Origin: Cirrosporium novae-zelandiae
Lineage: Eukaryota
Length of the DNA: 62,924 nt
Reading direction: 5' to 3'
Assembly: GCA_026023565.1 (NCBI GenBank)
Contig: JAPETS010000074.1
Location: 1-62,924 of the forward strand
This document shows positions 61,375 through 62,924 of the stretch, piece after piece. Below the pieces are notes generated by a model, which was not told the origin of the DNA, did no database searches, and worked only from the letters and a program-made list of their open reading frames with translations. Made by a program: the position numbers and the translations under genes. The first letter of the stretch is position 1, and each line of letters starts with the position of its first letter.

Positions 61375-62183
61375 TGAATGTAGAGAGGCTGGTCGGGTCT
61401 TTAGCCAGACCCAGCTTTTAGCCGAAAAAAACACCAATTTCCACCTTATCTCCAATTCACCCTCAATCAATTTCTTTATATTTATTATTTCTATAATATT
61501 TTATTAATCTATTAATAAAATAATTTTATAAAAAACTATTTTTAATTATAATAAAAATGTTTTTTTAAATATCCGAATTTTTGCGATTATATATAGGGTT
61601 AATCGATCTATATTAATAAATCGATTTTACGGTTATTATTAATTAATACGTAAATCGTATATAAAATAATAATTTTTAATCGATAATCAAAAAATTATAA
61701 TAATTAATTAAATAAAATTTCTAAATAATCAAAATTAAATTTTAATATTTAAATTCGTATATTATTTTATTTTTTATATCGTTTAATATTTCGTTAAATT
61801 AAATTCGTTTAATCAAAAATAAATAATTCGATTTATTAATCGATACGATAATATTAAAATTTTTTAAAATCGATTTTTTTTGATTGACCGAATTTATTTT
61901 ATTATCGATAATATTATCAGTTTTTTTTATTTTTTTCGAATATATTAAAATCGAATATAAAATTGAATTAAAAAATATATAAAATATAAATAAAATAAAA
62001 ATTATAATAAAAATATATATTAATATTATTAAAATTATGAAATATATAAATTAATAATATATAATCAGAATTATATTAGAAAATTATAATTAAAATATTA
62101 TTTTAAAAATTATATTTATTCGGAAAAAATATATTCTATATTTTATTATATTTAAAAAAAAAATTTTATAATTATTTAATTTA
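61375..62183 (+). mobile_element. Possible 5' end of a RIP-degraded DNA transposon
   Basis: GC island with repeated TTTAGCC submotifs and a C-rich leader, followed by non-LINE RIPed sequence. No partner TIR found. Confidence 0.25.
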
Positions 62184-62489
62184 TATTAAAGTTAGGGCTC
62201 TAATAGTGTAGATAGCGATACGGATAAGTAATATATTTATATCGTAATAGTATTATAATAATAATACTCTGAATAATATAAAATTAAAAATTAGTTTTTT
62301 TTAATTTTTTTTTTATTTTTTATATAAATTTTTTTATTTAACGTTTTTTTTTTTCGGTAATTGTAGCGTTATTTCCCCGTTTCCGTCCTATTTTCGGTTT
62401 TTAGATATAATAATTTTTTTTAATATTTTATTTTTTTTTTTTTATAATAGAATTTTTTTTTAATATTTTATTTTTTTTTTTTTATTATA
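62184..62489. mobile_element. Heavily RIPed copy of the 30679-30985 LTR, possibly the 3' LTR of a minus-strand element running off the window
   Basis: Colinear with the solo LTR (GTTAGGGCTCTRATAGTGTAG..TTTCCCCG..TTCCGTCC), differing almost entirely by C>T/G>A. No matching TSD; pyrimidine run immediately to the right (PPT-like on the minus strand). Confidence 0.8.
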
Positions 62490-62865
62490 TAATTTTTTTT
62501 TTATACGATTATTTTTAATCGTTATTTTTAATTTTTTAGCGCTAATTTTCCGTTTCGTTAAATATAATTTTTTTTTTTTAAATCTAATAATATTATAATA
62601 TACGTAAATTCTATTTTTTATCCGATATCGTTTTATATCCGGCGAAATTATTATTTTTTTATTTTTTTTTTTTTTTTTTTTTTTATAAAAATTTTTTTTA
62701 TTATTATTTTATTTCGTTTTTTTATTATTTTTATTATTTATTTATTATATTAATATTATTATATTTATTTTTATTAATTATCCCGTTTTTTTAAAATTAT
62801 TATTTTCGTTTTTTATTCGGATTAACGTTTTTTTTTTTAAATATAAATAATCGTTATTTTTTTTT

Positions 62866-62867
<2 letters not shown>

Positions 62868-62924
<57 letters not shown>
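62868..62924 (+). repeat. Poly-T run at window end
   Basis: Homopolymer over 50 nt; may be an assembly-end artefact. Confidence 0.8.

Noticed and set aside
24460..62924. Organellar insertion, CRISPR array or satellite DNA as the source of the AT-rich repeats
   Set aside because: The repeats are kb-scale colinear LINE copies with RT/RNase H remnants and TSDs; no regular repeat-spacer period and no rRNA, tRNA or mitochondrial genes were seen.
62868..62924. Poly-T as a retroelement tail or telomere
   Set aside because: No TTAGGG array and no matching element 3' end; consistent with RIP saturation or a contig-end artefact.

Overview
Filamentous ascomycete DNA, inferred from GT-AG introns with CTAAY branch sites and RIP signatures. 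The window has two sharply separated compartments. (1) About 1-24.4 kb is a moderately GC-rich accessory-type region. It holds decayed paralogous ORFs, a spliced WHD+TPR (NLR-like) gene, a divergent folylpolyglutamate synthase, a 152-bp hAT-type MITE with a perfect 8-bp TSD, an intronless PD-(D/E)xK nuclease followed by a strongly foldable ~170-nt segment, an F-box-like gene, a KDM4-like JmjC demethylase and a Myb/SANT gene. The JmjC+Myb pair lies inside a 5.46-kb segment (17625-23085) that begins with the MITE's TIR and is flanked by an 8-bp direct repeat, making it a candidate cargo-carrying non-autonomous hAT element with chromatin-modifier cargo. (2) About 24.4-62.9 kb is an extremely AT-rich, gene-free block of RIP-destroyed Tad-like LINEs (APE-RT-RNase H) nested up to four deep with recognisable TSDs. 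It also contains an un-RIPed solo LTR and a RIPed copy of the same LTR. Gene models and TE boundaries were read by eye and no database search was possible.
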